Counted from the stretch's first letter, positions 33,094-43,600 are shown. The stretch is DNA of 64,000 nucleotides from an uncultured Allorhizobium sp. (GCA_958439205.1 OY288189.1:511960-575959), one strand, 5' to 3'. Numbers and translations are program-made. The notes: generated from the sequence alone by a model not told the origin.

Positions 33094-34488
33094 TCATCGG
33101 TCTGTAGCCGGATATCTGGTCGTCCAGAGCATAAGCAACCCGCCTATCAGGAAGACCAGCAAGGTCGCCATGCCGGCACGCGCCGAACCGGACCATGCGG
33201 TGACGACAGAGAAGCTGAGCGTTGCGAGAAAGCTGGTTGCGCGTCCCGACAGGGAATAGATGCCGAAATAGCGGCCCGCCTCATGGAGCTCCACGCTGCG
33301 CGCCAGATAAGAGCGCGAAGAGGCCTGGACGGGGCCGAAGGACATCCCGATCAGCAGGCCGTAGAGAATATACGCCTTCTCTGCCGGCGTGGCGAAGAGA
33401 CCTTCCGTTCCGGTGATCGGCAAGCTCACGAGCCCGAAGAGGGTGAAATCGACGCCTGTCGAAATGATGCCGAATGTCGCGAGAATGAGCATGCCCAGGC
33501 TCACGAGAACGACGACCTTCGAGCCGAGCGCCCTGTCCACGCGGCCGGCGACGAGGCAACCGAAGATGGCGACGACGTTGAGGATGATGCCGTAAATGCC
33601 GATCTCCATCGTCGACCAGCCGAACATGGCGGCGGCGAAAACGCCGCCCAGGACGAGCAAGCCGTTGACACCATCCTGATAGATCATCCGCGCTATCAGG
33701 AAGCGCAGGATATTGGTGCGGTGGCGCAACTCCCCAAGCGTCGACCGGATTTCCCGGAGCCCCGAGCGAACCGCAGCGCCCAGCGGCTTTCCTTTGGCCG
33801 CATCCGGCGTGAAGAAAAACATCGGTAGGATGAACAGGAAATACCAGACCGCGGAGATCGGGCCTGTGATGCGGGCGTCTTCGCCGGCTGCGGGCTCCAG
33901 CCCGAAGAGAGGATCGAGCCCGATCAGCGTTTTACCCGTCGTCGGGCTGCCGGCTAGGAAGAGAACGACAAAGATCAGAACGATGATGCCGCCCATATAT
34001 CCCATGCCCCAGGCGATGTTGGAGACACGACCGACATCCTGCTGACTGACCAGCCGCGGCATCATGGAATCGTTGAAGACGATGGAAAACTCGGCAGCCA
34101 CGCTCGCAAGGATGATCAGGAGCATCACCAGGGCCACGGAAGATCCAGGCGCTGCAGTCCACAAGAGCGCGAGGCACAGGATCTTGATGAGCGCGAAGAA
34201 GGCAATCCAGGGTTTTCGCGCGCCTGATTCGTCGGCGATGGAGCCTAGGATCGGGGCGAGAACGGCGATGACTACGCCGGAAATCGTTGCCGCATTGCTC
34301 CAGTCTGTCTGCGCGCTGACCGGATCATCCGTCATGCGCGACACGAAGTAGGGACCGAAGATAAAGGTGGTCACGACCGTGAAGAAGGGTTGCGCCGCCC
34401 AGTCAAAGAACATCCAGCCACGGACCCCCCTGTTGATGGGGCCGTGGCTGGTCTTTGTTACTGCACTTGTCGTCACGCACACCCCCAC
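33094..34488 (-). CDS. MFS transporter (UMF1/Atg22-like)
   Basis: [39 protein letters not shown]; about 12 hydrophobic segments. Confidence 0.88.
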   Translation of the reverse strand: MGVCVTTSAVTKTSHGPINRGVRGWMFFDWAAQPFFTVVTTFIFGPYFVSRMTDDPVSAQTDWSNAATISGVVIAVLAPILGSIADESGARKPWIAFFALIKILCLALLWTAAPGSSVALVMLLIILASVAAEFSIVFNDSMMPRLVSQQDVGRVSNIAWGMGYMGGIIVLIFVVLFLAGSPTTGKTLIGLDPLFGLEPAAGEDARITGPISAVWYFLFILPMFFFTPDAAKGKPLGAAVRSGLREIRSTLGELRHRTNILRFLIARMIYQDGVNGLLVLGGVFAAAMFGWSTMEIGIYGIILNVVAIFGCLVAGRVDRALGSKVVVLVSLGMLILATFGIISTGVDFTLFGLVSLPITGTEGLFATPAEKAYILYGLLIGMSFGPVQASSRSYLARSVELHEAGRYFGIYSLSGRATSFLATLSFSVVTAWSGSARAGMATLLVFLIGGLLMLWTTRYPATDR

Positions 34489-34511
34489 AGGCTATCAGGC
34501 CCGCGACAGTG

Positions 34512-37500
34512 TCACCTCACATGCTCTTGTGCAAGATCACCCAAAAGGCCGGCAGCGACCGCGAGTTTGGAAATGCTCGGCTCGCCGCTGTCGACGATCG
34601 AGGCCAGTTCCTTGCCGATGCGCTCCACACGGGTCTTGTCCGTCGCAATCCAGGCCTGAACCGGCTGGGCGTCCTTGCCGTGGCTGGTCAGAGCCGCGCA
34701 AACGATCTGCCGGCGTGCCTGGCCGATCCGGTCCAGGCTGCGTGTCAGAGCCAGGCTGTCGTAGTGGTCGGTCGTCTGGATGCGGCCTGCATTTTCGATG
34801 ATACGGCCGATCCGGAACGCTTCGGAGACCGCGAAGAAGCCACGCATCGCCGAGGCGAAGTCCGCTCCTGTTTTTTCCGCGATCTGCAGGATCTCCGGCA
34901 GAAGCTGCATGGTCTGCAGGTTGACGACGTCTGCCGCCAGTGCTGCCGGTGCGCCAGCTTCGGTCAGTTCCGTGATCTGGTCGTCGAAATGTTGACGGAG
35001 CGCGGCTGGCAAGGCTTTCTTGAACACTGGGGACGCTGCCGAAACGGCGGCCGTCAGTTGGGACACGGCATCGCCGACCGATCCCTTGACCAGACCTGTG
35101 TCGATCAGAAGCCGGGTCATGGCCGTGTAGACGTCCGCAATGATCGCATAGAGCCGGTTCTGCGTCTGACCTGGCATCTTGGCGTCTAGTGCGTCGATCT
35201 TGTCCCAGAGAGCCGAGAGACCAAGGGCGTCGCGCGTTACCAGAGCGGCTTTGACGGCCTCATCCGGGGCGCTGCCCGTCGCATCGCAAACCGAAACCAC
35301 GAAGCCCGGGCCTCCGCGGTTGATCGCGTGGTTGGCGAGAACCGTTGCAATAATCTCCCGGCGCAGGCGGTGGCCAGCTATGTCGTTCGCGAAGGCCTTG
35401 CGCATGGCTGCCGGGAAGTAATTGGCGAGCGTCGTCTCGCAATAGGGATCGTCCGGCAGATCCGACTCGATCAACTGGTCAAAAAGCACGATCTTTGCGT
35501 AGGACAGGAGTACACCGATTTCCGGGCGGGTAAGCGCCTTGCCGGAAACATAGCGTTCTGCAACAGCGGCAGAATCCGGCAGCATCTCGACCTTGCGGTT
35601 GAGACGCCCCATGCCCTCGAGATAGTCCATCAGCCGGCTCAGTTCCTCCCGGTTGCCGGCGCCCTTGGCTTCGGTCAGGGAGATGGCGAGAGACTGCAGA
35701 TAGTTGTTGCGCAGCACGAGGCCCGCCACTTCATCCGTCATCTCGGCCAGCAGCACGTTGCGCTTCTCGCGGGGCAAGCGGCCATCTTGCATCGCGGGGC
35801 TCAGCGCAATCTTGATGTTCACCTCGACGTCCGACGAATTCACGCCAGCCGAGTTGTCGATCGCGTCGGAATTGCAGCGTCCGCCGTTCAAGGCATAGGC
35901 AATACGGCCCTTCTGGGTGACACCCAGATTGGCACCCTCACCGATCACCTTGGCGCGTACGTCTGTAGCATTAATGCGGATGGCATCGTTGGCCCTGTCG
36001 CCGACTTCGGCATCCGTTTCCGCAGCGGCCTTGATGTAAGTGCCGATACCGCCGAACCAGAGCAGGTCGACCGGCGCCTTCAGGATGGCCGTCATGATGT
36101 CCATCGGTGTCGCGTTCGTTGTTTCAAGCCCGATGGCAGCTGCGGCTTCAGGCGTGAGTTTGACGGACTTCTCGGCGCGAGAAATGATCATTGCGCCGGC
36201 CGATAGGGTGGACTTGTCGTACTCCTGCCAGCTGGAGCGCGGCAGGTTGAACATGCGCTTGCGCTCCGCAAACGAGATCGCCGGATCCGGATTGGGGTCG
36301 ATCACGATGTCGCGGTGGTCGAAGGCAGCGATCAGCCTGATTTTTTCCGACAGCAGCATGCCGTTGCCAAAAACGTCACCCGACATGTCGCCAACGCCTG
36401 CCACGGTGAAAGGCGTCGTCTGGATGTCTATGTCGATCTCGCGGAAGTGACGCTTCACCGTCTCCCAGCCGCCGCGGGCCGTGATGCCCATTTTCTTGTG
36501 GTCGTAACCAGCAGAACCACCCGAAGCGAAAGCATCGTCCAGCCAGAAACCGGCAGCCTGGGCCAGACCGTTTGCCGTGTCGGAGAAGGTAGCGGTGCCC
36601 TTGTCGGCTGCCACGACGAAATAGGGATCGTCACCATCCGGGCGCAAGGTGTCGGCGGGCGGGGAGATCTCGCCACCGACGATGTTGTCGGTGATCGAAA
36701 GGAGCGTCCGGATGTATGTCTTGTAGGCCTCCGTCCCGGCGGCAAGCCATGCCTCGCGGTTGGTTTGGGGCGGCAGGAGTTTCGGGAAGAAGCCACCCTT
36801 TGCGCCGACGGGAACGATGACCGCGTTCTTGACCTGCTGGGCCTTCACCAGGCCCAGCACTTCCGTGCGGTAATCCTGCGCGCGATCCGACCAGCGGAGG
36901 CCACCACGTGCAACCTTGCCGAAGCGCAGGTGCACGCCTTCCACTTCGACGCCATAGACGAAGATTTCGCGGAATGGGCGCGGCTCTGGCAGACCTTCGA
37001 GCTTGTGGGGATCGAACTTGAAGGCGAGCATCGGACGCTCGCTCTGCTGATAGCCCTTCTGGAAGAAGTTGGTGCGCAGTGTCGCTTCGATCGCATTGAT
37101 GTAGCGACGCAAAATGCGGTCTTCGTCCAGGCTCTTGACGTCGGTCAGCCTGCTTTCCAGCGTTTGCAGAAGTTCTGCGTGACGGCTTTTCCGGGTCTTC
37201 TCCGCCACGGCAACATCGAAACGATTGCGAAAGAGCGCCACCAGATCCGAGGCGATGGCCGGATGCTTGGTCAGCGTTTCTGCCATGTAGGTCAGCGAGT
37301 AGACCGCGCCTGCCTGACGAAGATAGGCGGCATAGGCTCTCAGCACCGATGCCTCGCGGGCGCTCACGCCTGCGGCGAGGATCAGACGGTTGAAAGCGTC
37401 GTTGTCGACCGCACCGGTGAAGGCTGCGAGGAATGCTTCCTCCACCTGGGTTCCGTGCAGTCTGTTGTCGAAGTTCACGCCTTCCGGGATCTGCAGTTCC

Positions 37501-39299
37501 ATGTCGTGCAGGACGATCGCATTCTGCTCGTCTTTAGAGCCCGCGATGTCGATATCGAAGGTCCGCTCGCTGATCACCCGGAAGCCGAGGTTTTCGAGGA
37601 GCGGCACGCGCCTGGAGAGCGGCAGATGATCTCCGGCGTGGAAGATCTTCAGATAGAGCAGTGGCCCGTCTTCAGCCGCAACCTGATGGAACTCCAGCGA
37701 GAGCGGTGCGCCGGCCATGCAGGCCTTGATATGCTTCAGGTCGCTGACGGCTTCCTCAGGCGTGAAGGCTTCCTGGAAAGCCTGTCCGACATCGAGCGTC
37801 GGGGCTCCGGTGCCAGCGAGAGCCGCGAAACGATCCGTCCAGCGGGCCGTGATTTCGCGCACGGCGTCTTCAAGGGTCTGCTGCGGGATCTGAGGCGTTT
37901 CGCCTTCCCGACGGCCGATGATGATGTGAACGCGCGCTACGCCGCCTTCGGGGAAGGCCGGGTAGAAGGCGGACACATGTCCCTTGTAGACGGATTGGAA
38001 ATAGAGCCCGATTTTCTCGCGGACCATGGAGTTATAGTCTTCGCGCGGCACATAGACGATCAGGGAGACGAAACGGTCGAAGTGATCGATGCGCGGCAGA
38101 ACGCGGACGCGGGGGCGTTCAGACAGATCGTTGATCTGTTCGCAGAATTTGGCCAGCAGATCCGGCGTAATCTGGAAGAGGTCGTCGCGAGGATAGTTCT
38201 CGAGCGTATTCTGCAGCATGCGGCCTGAATGGCTGCGGGGGTCGAAATCGAAGTGGGACACCACTTTCTCGACCTTGGCGCGCAGGAGCGGGATCTGGTT
38301 GACCGAGCGCGTGTAGGCCGTCGCGGTAAAGAGGCCGACGATGCGCAGTTCGCCGATGACCTTGCCGTTCGGACCGAAGCGCTTGATGCCGACATAGTCC
38401 ATATAGGCACGGCGATGGACGACCGATTTGACGTTGGCCTTGGTGACGATCAGATAGTCCGGCCCTTGCAGGAAGGCCAGGATTTCGGGCGTGGTCGTCA
38501 CATGGTTCTGCCCCTGGCGAAGGACCAGCACGCTGGGATCCGACAGGATGCCGAGGCCGCTTCCCTTGTCGCGTTCTACCGTGGCGTCGGCACCTTCACC
38601 GGAATAGACGTATTCCCGCATGCCGAGGAAGGTGAAATTGTTGTTGCGCAGCCATTCCAGGAAGGCGACTGCCTCGTCACGCTCTGCTTCGCTTCTTCCG
38701 GCCGAGAGATCTCGCAGTTCCGAGAGCGTTCTCTCCAGGAGGTTGAGCATCGGCTTCCAGTCGGTGGCGGCCATCTTGACCTGGCCCAGCACGTGCTGAA
38801 GCCTCTGGACAAGCTCGGCCGACTGATCCGCCGTGAGCGGTGCCAGATGGAGCTGGATGTAGCTGACCTTGATTGCGCCTTCCGGATCCGAATCCGGGTT
38901 CGACAGCGAGATGTCGCCTCGCGGTGTCACAGCCAGGATAGGGTGCACCGCCATGTAGATGTCACGGTAGTGGCTGGTGACCTCACCCATCAGGGAATCG
39001 TAGAGGAAAGACTTGTTGTGATCGACGATGGAGAGAACGCTGACGGGAATGCCGCCGGGGCTTACACCTTCGATCGTCTCGATGCGGATATGTGGTGTCT
39101 GGCGATCCCAGGCGGCAATGTCGCTGGCCGCTCGGACCGATGCGCGCGCAAGCATCGCGTCGTCGTAGCGGTTGATGTCGTCATTGCTGGCCCTGCTGAA
39201 AATGACCGCTGGCGGGACAAATACATGGTCGAGCCTGCGAGCCTCCTCCGCTGCCCTCTCCAGAAGCTCCTCGCGCTTCGTTTTCCCAGTCACGCCCAT
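34512..39299 (-). CDS. gdh: Large NAD-specific glutamate dehydrogenase (GDH2/GdhB type)
   Basis: 1595 aa; ARGGLRWSDR, GAKGGF, VVAADKGTATFSD, GVGDMSGDVFGNGML, NSDAIDNSAGV. Confidence 0.96.
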   Translation of the reverse strand: MGVTGKTKREELLERAAEEARRLDHVFVPPAVIFSRASNDDINRYDDAMLARASVRAASDIAAWDRQTPHIRIETIEGVSPGGIPVSVLSIVDHNKSFLYDSLMGEVTSHYRDIYMAVHPILAVTPRGDISLSNPDSDPEGAIKVSYIQLHLAPLTADQSAELVQRLQHVLGQVKMAATDWKPMLNLLERTLSELRDLSAGRSEAERDEAVAFLEWLRNNNFTFLGMREYVYSGEGADATVERDKGSGLGILSDPSVLVLRQGQNHVTTTPEILAFLQGPDYLIVTKANVKSVVHRRAYMDYVGIKRFGPNGKVIGELRIVGLFTATAYTRSVNQIPLLRAKVEKVVSHFDFDPRSHSGRMLQNTLENYPRDDLFQITPDLLAKFCEQINDLSERPRVRVLPRIDHFDRFVSLIVYVPREDYNSMVREKIGLYFQSVYKGHVSAFYPAFPEGGVARVHIIIGRREGETPQIPQQTLEDAVREITARWTDRFAALAGTGAPTLDVGQAFQEAFTPEEAVSDLKHIKACMAGAPLSLEFHQVAAEDGPLLYLKIFHAGDHLPLSRRVPLLENLGFRVISERTFDIDIAGSKDEQNAIVLHDMELQIPEGVNFDNRLHGTQVEEAFLAAFTGAVDNDAFNRLILAAGVSAREASVLRAYAAYLRQAGAVYSLTYMAETLTKHPAIASDLVALFRNRFDVAVAEKTRKSRHAELLQTLESRLTDVKSLDEDRILRRYINAIEATLRTNFFQKGYQQSERPMLAFKFDPHKLEGLPEPRPFREIFVYGVEVEGVHLRFGKVARGGLRWSDRAQDYRTEVLGLVKAQQVKNAVIVPVGAKGGFFPKLLPPQTNREAWLAAGTEAYKTYIRTLLSITDNIVGGEISPPADTLRPDGDDPYFVVAADKGTATFSDTANGLAQAAGFWLDDAFASGGSAGYDHKKMGITARGGWETVKRHFREIDIDIQTTPFTVAGVGDMSGDVFGNGMLLSEKIRLIAAFDHRDIVIDPNPDPAISFAERKRMFNLPRSSWQEYDKSTLSAGAMIISRAEKSVKLTPEAAAAIGLETTNATPMDIMTAILKAPVDLLWFGGIGTYIKAAAETDAEVGDRANDAIRINATDVRAKVIGEGANLGVTQKGRIAYALNGGRCNSDAIDNSAGVNSSDVEVNIKIALSPAMQDGRLPREKRNVLLAEMTDEVAGLVLRNNYLQSLAISLTEAKGAGNREELSRLMDYLEGMGRLNRKVEMLPDSAAVAERYVSGKALTRPEIGVLLSYAKIVLFDQLIESDLPDDPYCETTLANYFPAAMRKAFANDIAGHRLRREIIATVLANHAINRGGPGFVVSVCDATGSAPDEAVKAALVTRDALGLSALWDKIDALDAKMPGQTQNRLYAIIADVYTAMTRLLIDTGLVKGSVGDAVSQLTAAVSAASPVFKKALPAALRQHFDDQITELTEAGAPAALAADVVNLQTMQLLPEILQIAEKTGADFASAMRGFFAVSEAFRIGRIIENAGRIQTTDHYDSLALTRSLDRIGQARRQIVCAALTSHGKDAQPVQAWIATDKTRVERIGKELASIVDSGEPSISKLAVAAGLLGDLAQEHVR

Positions 39300-39487
39300 T
39301 GACCCCTCCGTAGCTCGCGTCGTTTCGCGTCATGTTCCCGCAAATGATTTGCGAAATTATGTATGGAACAGGAATATAAAGAATTCGGGCAAAAATATGC
39401 GGCCAGATTTATGTGATCCGAGAAATTTTCACACAGATTGGTCCGTGAACGCTTCGAATGCCGGATTTGAGAAGGGAATCACGCAAA

Positions 39488-40372
39488 ATGCACGAAATAG
39501 CCAGGGGTGCTGTTATCGTCATATCCAGCCATGTTGTCCGCGGATCGGTCGGAAATCGAGCCGCGGTATTCGCTCTGGAGGTCCTCGGTCATCCCGTCTG
39601 GGCACTTCCGACCATCGTCCTTCCCTGGCATCCGGGGCACGGACCGGCCACGCGGCTGCGGTTTCCGGACGATGATTTCGAGAGTGCTATCGACGATTTG
39701 ATCCGGGCTCCGTGGCTTGGAGAAGTCTCGGCGATCCTGACCGGATATTTCGGCAGTCCGCGGCAGCCGGCGGCGGTGGCGCGATTGGTCCGGGCCGCCA
39801 AAGAGCGCAATCCGAAACTCACCTATGTCTGCGATCCCGTGATGGGGGATCTGGGTGGATTGTACATACCCGTCGAAACCGCAACTGCCATCCGCGATCA
39901 TCTGATCCCGATCGCAGATATTGCGACCCCCAACCGCTACGAACTTCAATGGATGGTCGGCGGTGAACTGGTGAGCAATCAGCAGATCATCGACGCCGCG
40001 CTATCTCTCGGACCGAAGCGCATGCTGGTGACTTCTGCCGTGCCGATGATGGCAGGAGGCACCGGCAACCTTCTGCTCAGCGGTCGCTCCGCACTGCTGG
40101 CCGAGCACAGGTTGATCGACAATCCGCCGAACGGGCTGGGTGATCTGCTGGCGGCTGTCTTCCTTGCCCGCCTGCTCGACGGTGTCGATGAAGAGACCGC
40201 GCTTCGCACTGCGACAGCCAGTGTCTTCGAGATCCTTGCCCGCACAGCCAAACGCGGAGGAGACGAACTTGCCCTGGAAAGCGATGCGTCCAGCCTGTCT
40301 ACGCCTATGGCGATGGTGCAGATGCGCCGGCTCATGCATCCGGCACAGCGCAAGCCCGTCCGCTCAGACTGA
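39488..40372 (+). CDS. pdxY: Pyridoxal kinase
   Basis: SSHVVRGSVGN, LTGYFG, CDPVMGD, TPNRYEL, NGLGDL. Confidence 0.92.
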   Translation: MHEIARGAVIVISSHVVRGSVGNRAAVFALEVLGHPVWALPTIVLPWHPGHGPATRLRFPDDDFESAIDDLIRAPWLGEVSAILTGYFGSPRQPAAVARLVRAAKERNPKLTYVCDPVMGDLGGLYIPVETATAIRDHLIPIADIATPNRYELQWMVGGELVSNQQIIDAALSLGPKRMLVTSAVPMMAGGTGNLLLSGRSALLAEHRLIDNPPNGLGDLLAAVFLARLLDGVDEETALRTATASVFEILARTAKRGGDELALESDASSLSTPMAMVQMRRLMHPAQRKPVRSD

Positions 40373-40434
40373 TCGCCCAGGCAAACCTTGTTCCCGGTGT
40401 TGCAACGACTGGTCACGCGCTGTAATCGGTAACA

Positions 40435-41088
40435 ATGACCAGTTTTCCTCCCGCACTCCTCAACGGCTACCGCAATTTCATGGGCGGCCGCTACCAAGAC
40501 CAGCGTGATCGTTACCGGGTTCTCGCCGAGCAGGGGCAGAAGCCCAATACGCTGGTGGTTGCCTGTTGCGACTCCAGAGCCGCTCCGGAAGTGATCTTCG
40601 ATTCCATTCCGGGCGAACTTTTCGTGGTACGCAATGTGGCGAACATGGTGCCGCCCTATGAGCCGGACGGGCAGTACCATTCGACATCTGCGGCCCTCGA
40701 GTTTGCCGTGCAGGCGCTGAGGGTCCAGGACATCATTGTCATGGGCCATGGTCGTTGCGGCGGTATTCGGGCCGCACTCGACCCGAATGCGGAGCCTCTG
40801 TCCCCGGGCGATTTCATCGGGAAATGGATGAACCTGCTGGCGCCTGCCGCCGAGCAGATCCAGGGCAATGCCAACATGACCCCTGCGGAACGGCAGACAG
40901 CTCTCGAGCGCATCTCGATCCGCAATTCGATTGCGAACCTGCGGACCTTTCCGTGTGTGAAGATCCTCGAAGAACGTGGGAAGCTGCGCATTCATGGCGC
41001 TTGGTTCGACATCAGCAATGGCGAGCTTTGGCTGATGGATCCGAAGAGCCAGGATTTTGCCCGGCTGGATGTCGACGCGGCTGCCTGA
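40435..41088 (+). CDS. Beta-class carbonic anhydrase
   Basis: ACCDSR, FVVRNVAN, MGHGRCGGI zinc ligands. Confidence 0.95.
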   Translation: MTSFPPALLNGYRNFMGGRYQDQRDRYRVLAEQGQKPNTLVVACCDSRAAPEVIFDSIPGELFVVRNVANMVPPYEPDGQYHSTSAALEFAVQALRVQDIIVMGHGRCGGIRAALDPNAEPLSPGDFIGKWMNLLAPAAEQIQGNANMTPAERQTALERISIRNSIANLRTFPCVKILEERGKLRIHGAWFDISNGELWLMDPKSQDFARLDVDAAA

Positions 41089-41156
41089 GGGCGGGCGCTC
41101 TGTCTTACATCTCTGAGTGATTATGCGGCGGCCCATGAGCCGCCGCATTGCGTTTC

Positions 41157-41978
41157 TTATTCGGCGTCGATCCGGGCCGCGATATGGGCAATCGCCTGCT
41201 GGTAGACGGTCGCAGCGTTCCAGCCCTGAATAGCGACGAAATTCGGCTCGCCCTGCTGGTAACCGGCGCCCGGCTGCCAGCCATGGCCGCGCAGGAAGTT
41301 CGCGGTGGAGGCAAGCGCGTCGGAACGCGAACGCACCATGTCGATATGGCCATCACCATCGCCATCAATACCGTAGCGCACGACATTGCGCGGCAGGAAC
41401 TGGGTTTGGCCGATTTCGCCATGGGCCGCGCCCTTGGCGTTCACTTCGAGATTGCCGGCCTGGACGAGCTCCAGAGCGGCGTAGAACTGATCGGTGAAGA
41501 ACTCGCTGCGGCGGCAATCAAACGCCAGAGTGGCGACAGCCGACAGGGTGTGTTCCTTGCCGAGGAATGAGCCGAAGCCGGTCTCCATGCCCCAGATGGC
41601 GATCAGCGGACCTGCTGGCACGCCATAGCGCTGCTCGAGACGGGAGAACAAAGCCGCGTTGTTCTTCTTCATCGTCTTGCCGCGATTGATGATCGTCTGG
41701 CCGCCGCGCTTCTGCATGAACTGATCGAAAGAGAGCTTGAAGCTCTTCTGGCCGCGGTCGGCGCTGATCGTGCTGCGGCTATAGCTCACACTCGAAAAGA
41801 CCTTGTCGAGCATGCGCGGGCTGAAGCCCTGGCCTTCGGCCTGCTGCTTGAAGGCAGCAGCCCATTCCTCAAAGCCGGCGGATGTATTGCTGCAGGCGGC
41901 CGCTGCTGCGGATTGCGTGCCGGCCAAAAGGGCGACCACGGAAACCAGGGCTGCCGACAGAGTGGATGTCAGTCGCAT
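41157..41978 (-). CDS. Lytic murein transglycosylase (MltB/SLT_2 family), secreted
   Basis: Signal peptide, AIWGMETGFG, AHGEIGQTQF, DGDGDG, DALASTAN, GWN; start ATG 41978. Confidence 0.9.
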   Translation of the reverse strand: MRLTSTLSAALVSVVALLAGTQSAAAAACSNTSAGFEEWAAAFKQQAEGQGFSPRMLDKVFSSVSYSRSTISADRGQKSFKLSFDQFMQKRGGQTIINRGKTMKKNNAALFSRLEQRYGVPAGPLIAIWGMETGFGSFLGKEHTLSAVATLAFDCRRSEFFTDQFYAALELVQAGNLEVNAKGAAHGEIGQTQFLPRNVVRYGIDGDGDGHIDMVRSRSDALASTANFLRGHGWQPGAGYQQGEPNFVAIQGWNAATVYQQAIAHIAARIDAE

Positions 41979-42114
41979 TGATGCCTCATAACGGACTTTG
42001 AATGGGTACGAATCGGCGGCACCATGCCAGTGAAAGCGGATGCTGTCATCCATCTCACGCTAATGTATGGCGCCCGACCTCTCAAATCGGATCACTTTCA
42101 GCTGAAAGGTCCAG

Positions 42115-42147
42115 CTGAGGCTCCCGGGCCGAACCCGGAAGCCTCAG
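42115..42147 (-). terminator. Hairpin downstream of asd (possible terminator)
   Basis: CTGAGGCTCCCGGG-CCGAA-CCCGGAAGCCTCAG with one mismatch; no clear U tract. Confidence 0.45.
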
Positions 42148-42157
42148 GATTGTTGTC

Positions 42158-43189
42158 TCAGGCGGCTGCGCGCGGCTTGATCAGCCCGCGATTGACCAGA
42201 AGCTCTGCAATCTGGATCGCGTTCAGAGCGGCGCCCTTGCGCAGGTTGTCGGACACGACCCACATGTTGAGGCCGTTTTCGACAGTTGCGTCTTCGCGAA
42301 TACGCGAGATGTAGGTCGCGTCTTCGCCGGCGCATTCGAGCGGGGTGATGTAGCCGCCGTTCTCATGCTTGTCGATGACCAGGCAACCCGGGGCGTCGCG
42401 CAGGATGTCACGGGCCTGATCGGCGGTGATCTCGTTTTCGAACTCGATGTTGACCGATTCCGAATGGCCGATGAAGACCGGTACGCGCACGGCCGTGCAG
42501 GTCACCTTGATCTTCGGATCGAGCATCTTCTTGGTTTCGGCCAGTACCTTCCACTCTTCCTTCGTATAGCCGTCTTCCATGAAGCTATCGATGTGCGGAA
42601 TGACGTTAAAGGCGATGCGCTTGGTGAACTTCTTGGATTCGACCGGGTCGGCCACGAAGACGGCGCGGGTCTGGGTGAAGAGTTCGTCCATGCCTTCCTT
42701 GCCGGCGCCCGAAACGGACTGGTAGGTCGAGACCACCACGCGCTTGATCTTCGCGAAATCATGCAGCGGCTTCAGAGCCACGACCAGCTGGGCAGTCGAG
42801 CAATTCGGGTTGGCGATGATGTTCTTCTTCTTGAACCCGGCAATGGCGTCCGGATTGACCTCGGGCACGATCAGCGGCACTTCGGAATCGTAGCGCCAGG
42901 CCGAGGAGTTATCGATGACGACGCAGCCCTGCGCGCCGATCTTCGGCGACCACTTCTGGGAGATCGTGCCGCCGGCCGACATCAGGCAAATGTCGGTGTC
43001 GGAAAAATCGTAATTGTCGAGGTTGGAAACCTTGAGAACCTTGTCCCCGAAGGAGACTTCGGTGCCCTGCGAACGCGCCGAGGCGAGCGCCACGACTTCC
43101 GATGCCGGAAATCCGCGTTCGGAAAGGATGTTCAGCATTTCGCGACCGACATTGCCGGTGGCGCCTACGACTGCAATCTTGAAACCCAT
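42158..43189 (-). CDS. asd: Aspartate-semialdehyde dehydrogenase
   Basis: VVGATGNVG, IANPNCST, STYQSVSGAG, CTAVRVPVFIGHSE, DNLRKGAALN; true start ATG 43189 (MGFKIAVVG). Confidence 0.98.
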   Translation of the reverse strand: MGFKIAVVGATGNVGREMLNILSERGFPASEVVALASARSQGTEVSFGDKVLKVSNLDNYDFSDTDICLMSAGGTISQKWSPKIGAQGCVVIDNSSAWRYDSEVPLIVPEVNPDAIAGFKKKNIIANPNCSTAQLVVALKPLHDFAKIKRVVVSTYQSVSGAGKEGMDELFTQTRAVFVADPVESKKFTKRIAFNVIPHIDSFMEDGYTKEEWKVLAETKKMLDPKIKVTCTAVRVPVFIGHSESVNIEFENEITADQARDILRDAPGCLVIDKHENGGYITPLECAGEDATYISRIREDATVENGLNMWVVSDNLRKGAALNAIQIAELLVNRGLIKPRAAA

Positions 43190-43298
43190 GTCTATGCTCT
43201 CTTTCTGTCTCTCCGCGGATGGTGAGGGGGAAGCTCGCGACAGGACGCAACCTTCCTTGTCCCCGGCCGTGCCGGGGAGAGAGCGGTGGCCGAAGACG

Positions 43299-43418
43299 TC
43301 AGACGGTTTTCGTCGTCGTTTTGGCCTTGGTCGTGGATGCAAGAGAATGGCATGCGCCGCCGGCAGCAGACTGCTGCAGGAGGTGGAAGACCGCAATGGG
43401 TTGCCCGAAAGCGTGCAT
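43299..43418 (-). CDS. Putative asd leader peptide (39 aa, Thr/Lys-rich C-terminus)
   Basis: GAGGAA-N8-ATG, then MHAFGQPIAVFHLLQQSAAGGACHSLASTTKAKTTTKTV-stop, ending 109 nt before the asd start. Confidence 0.7.
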   Translation of the reverse strand: MHAFGQPIAVFHLLQQSAAGGACHSLASTTKAKTTTKTV

Positions 43419-43600
43419 GGACCGAATTCCTCTTCGCGGCGAGGGATTACAAGGTTTTCAGCGCGAGTCAAGCCGACAGGCCGCTGGCTTTGGCGAAAAG
43501 AGAATGTCGCCTGGCCGATCGCCGTGTCACGGTGACACCGAAAGGCTTGTCCGCCCCCCTTCGTCATGGAAATAAGGACCATTCCGAACGGAGCAACCGC

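Noticed and set aside
39386-39401. GG-N10-GC sigma54-like spacing upstream of pdxY
   Set aside because: It lacks the TGGCAC and TTGC cores, so the spacing alone is expected by chance.
42158-43582. 474-aa extended asd ORF in the track
   Set aside because: The Asd family N-terminus (K.AVVGATG) begins at ATG 43189. The extension is non-homologous and covers the promoter and leader region.
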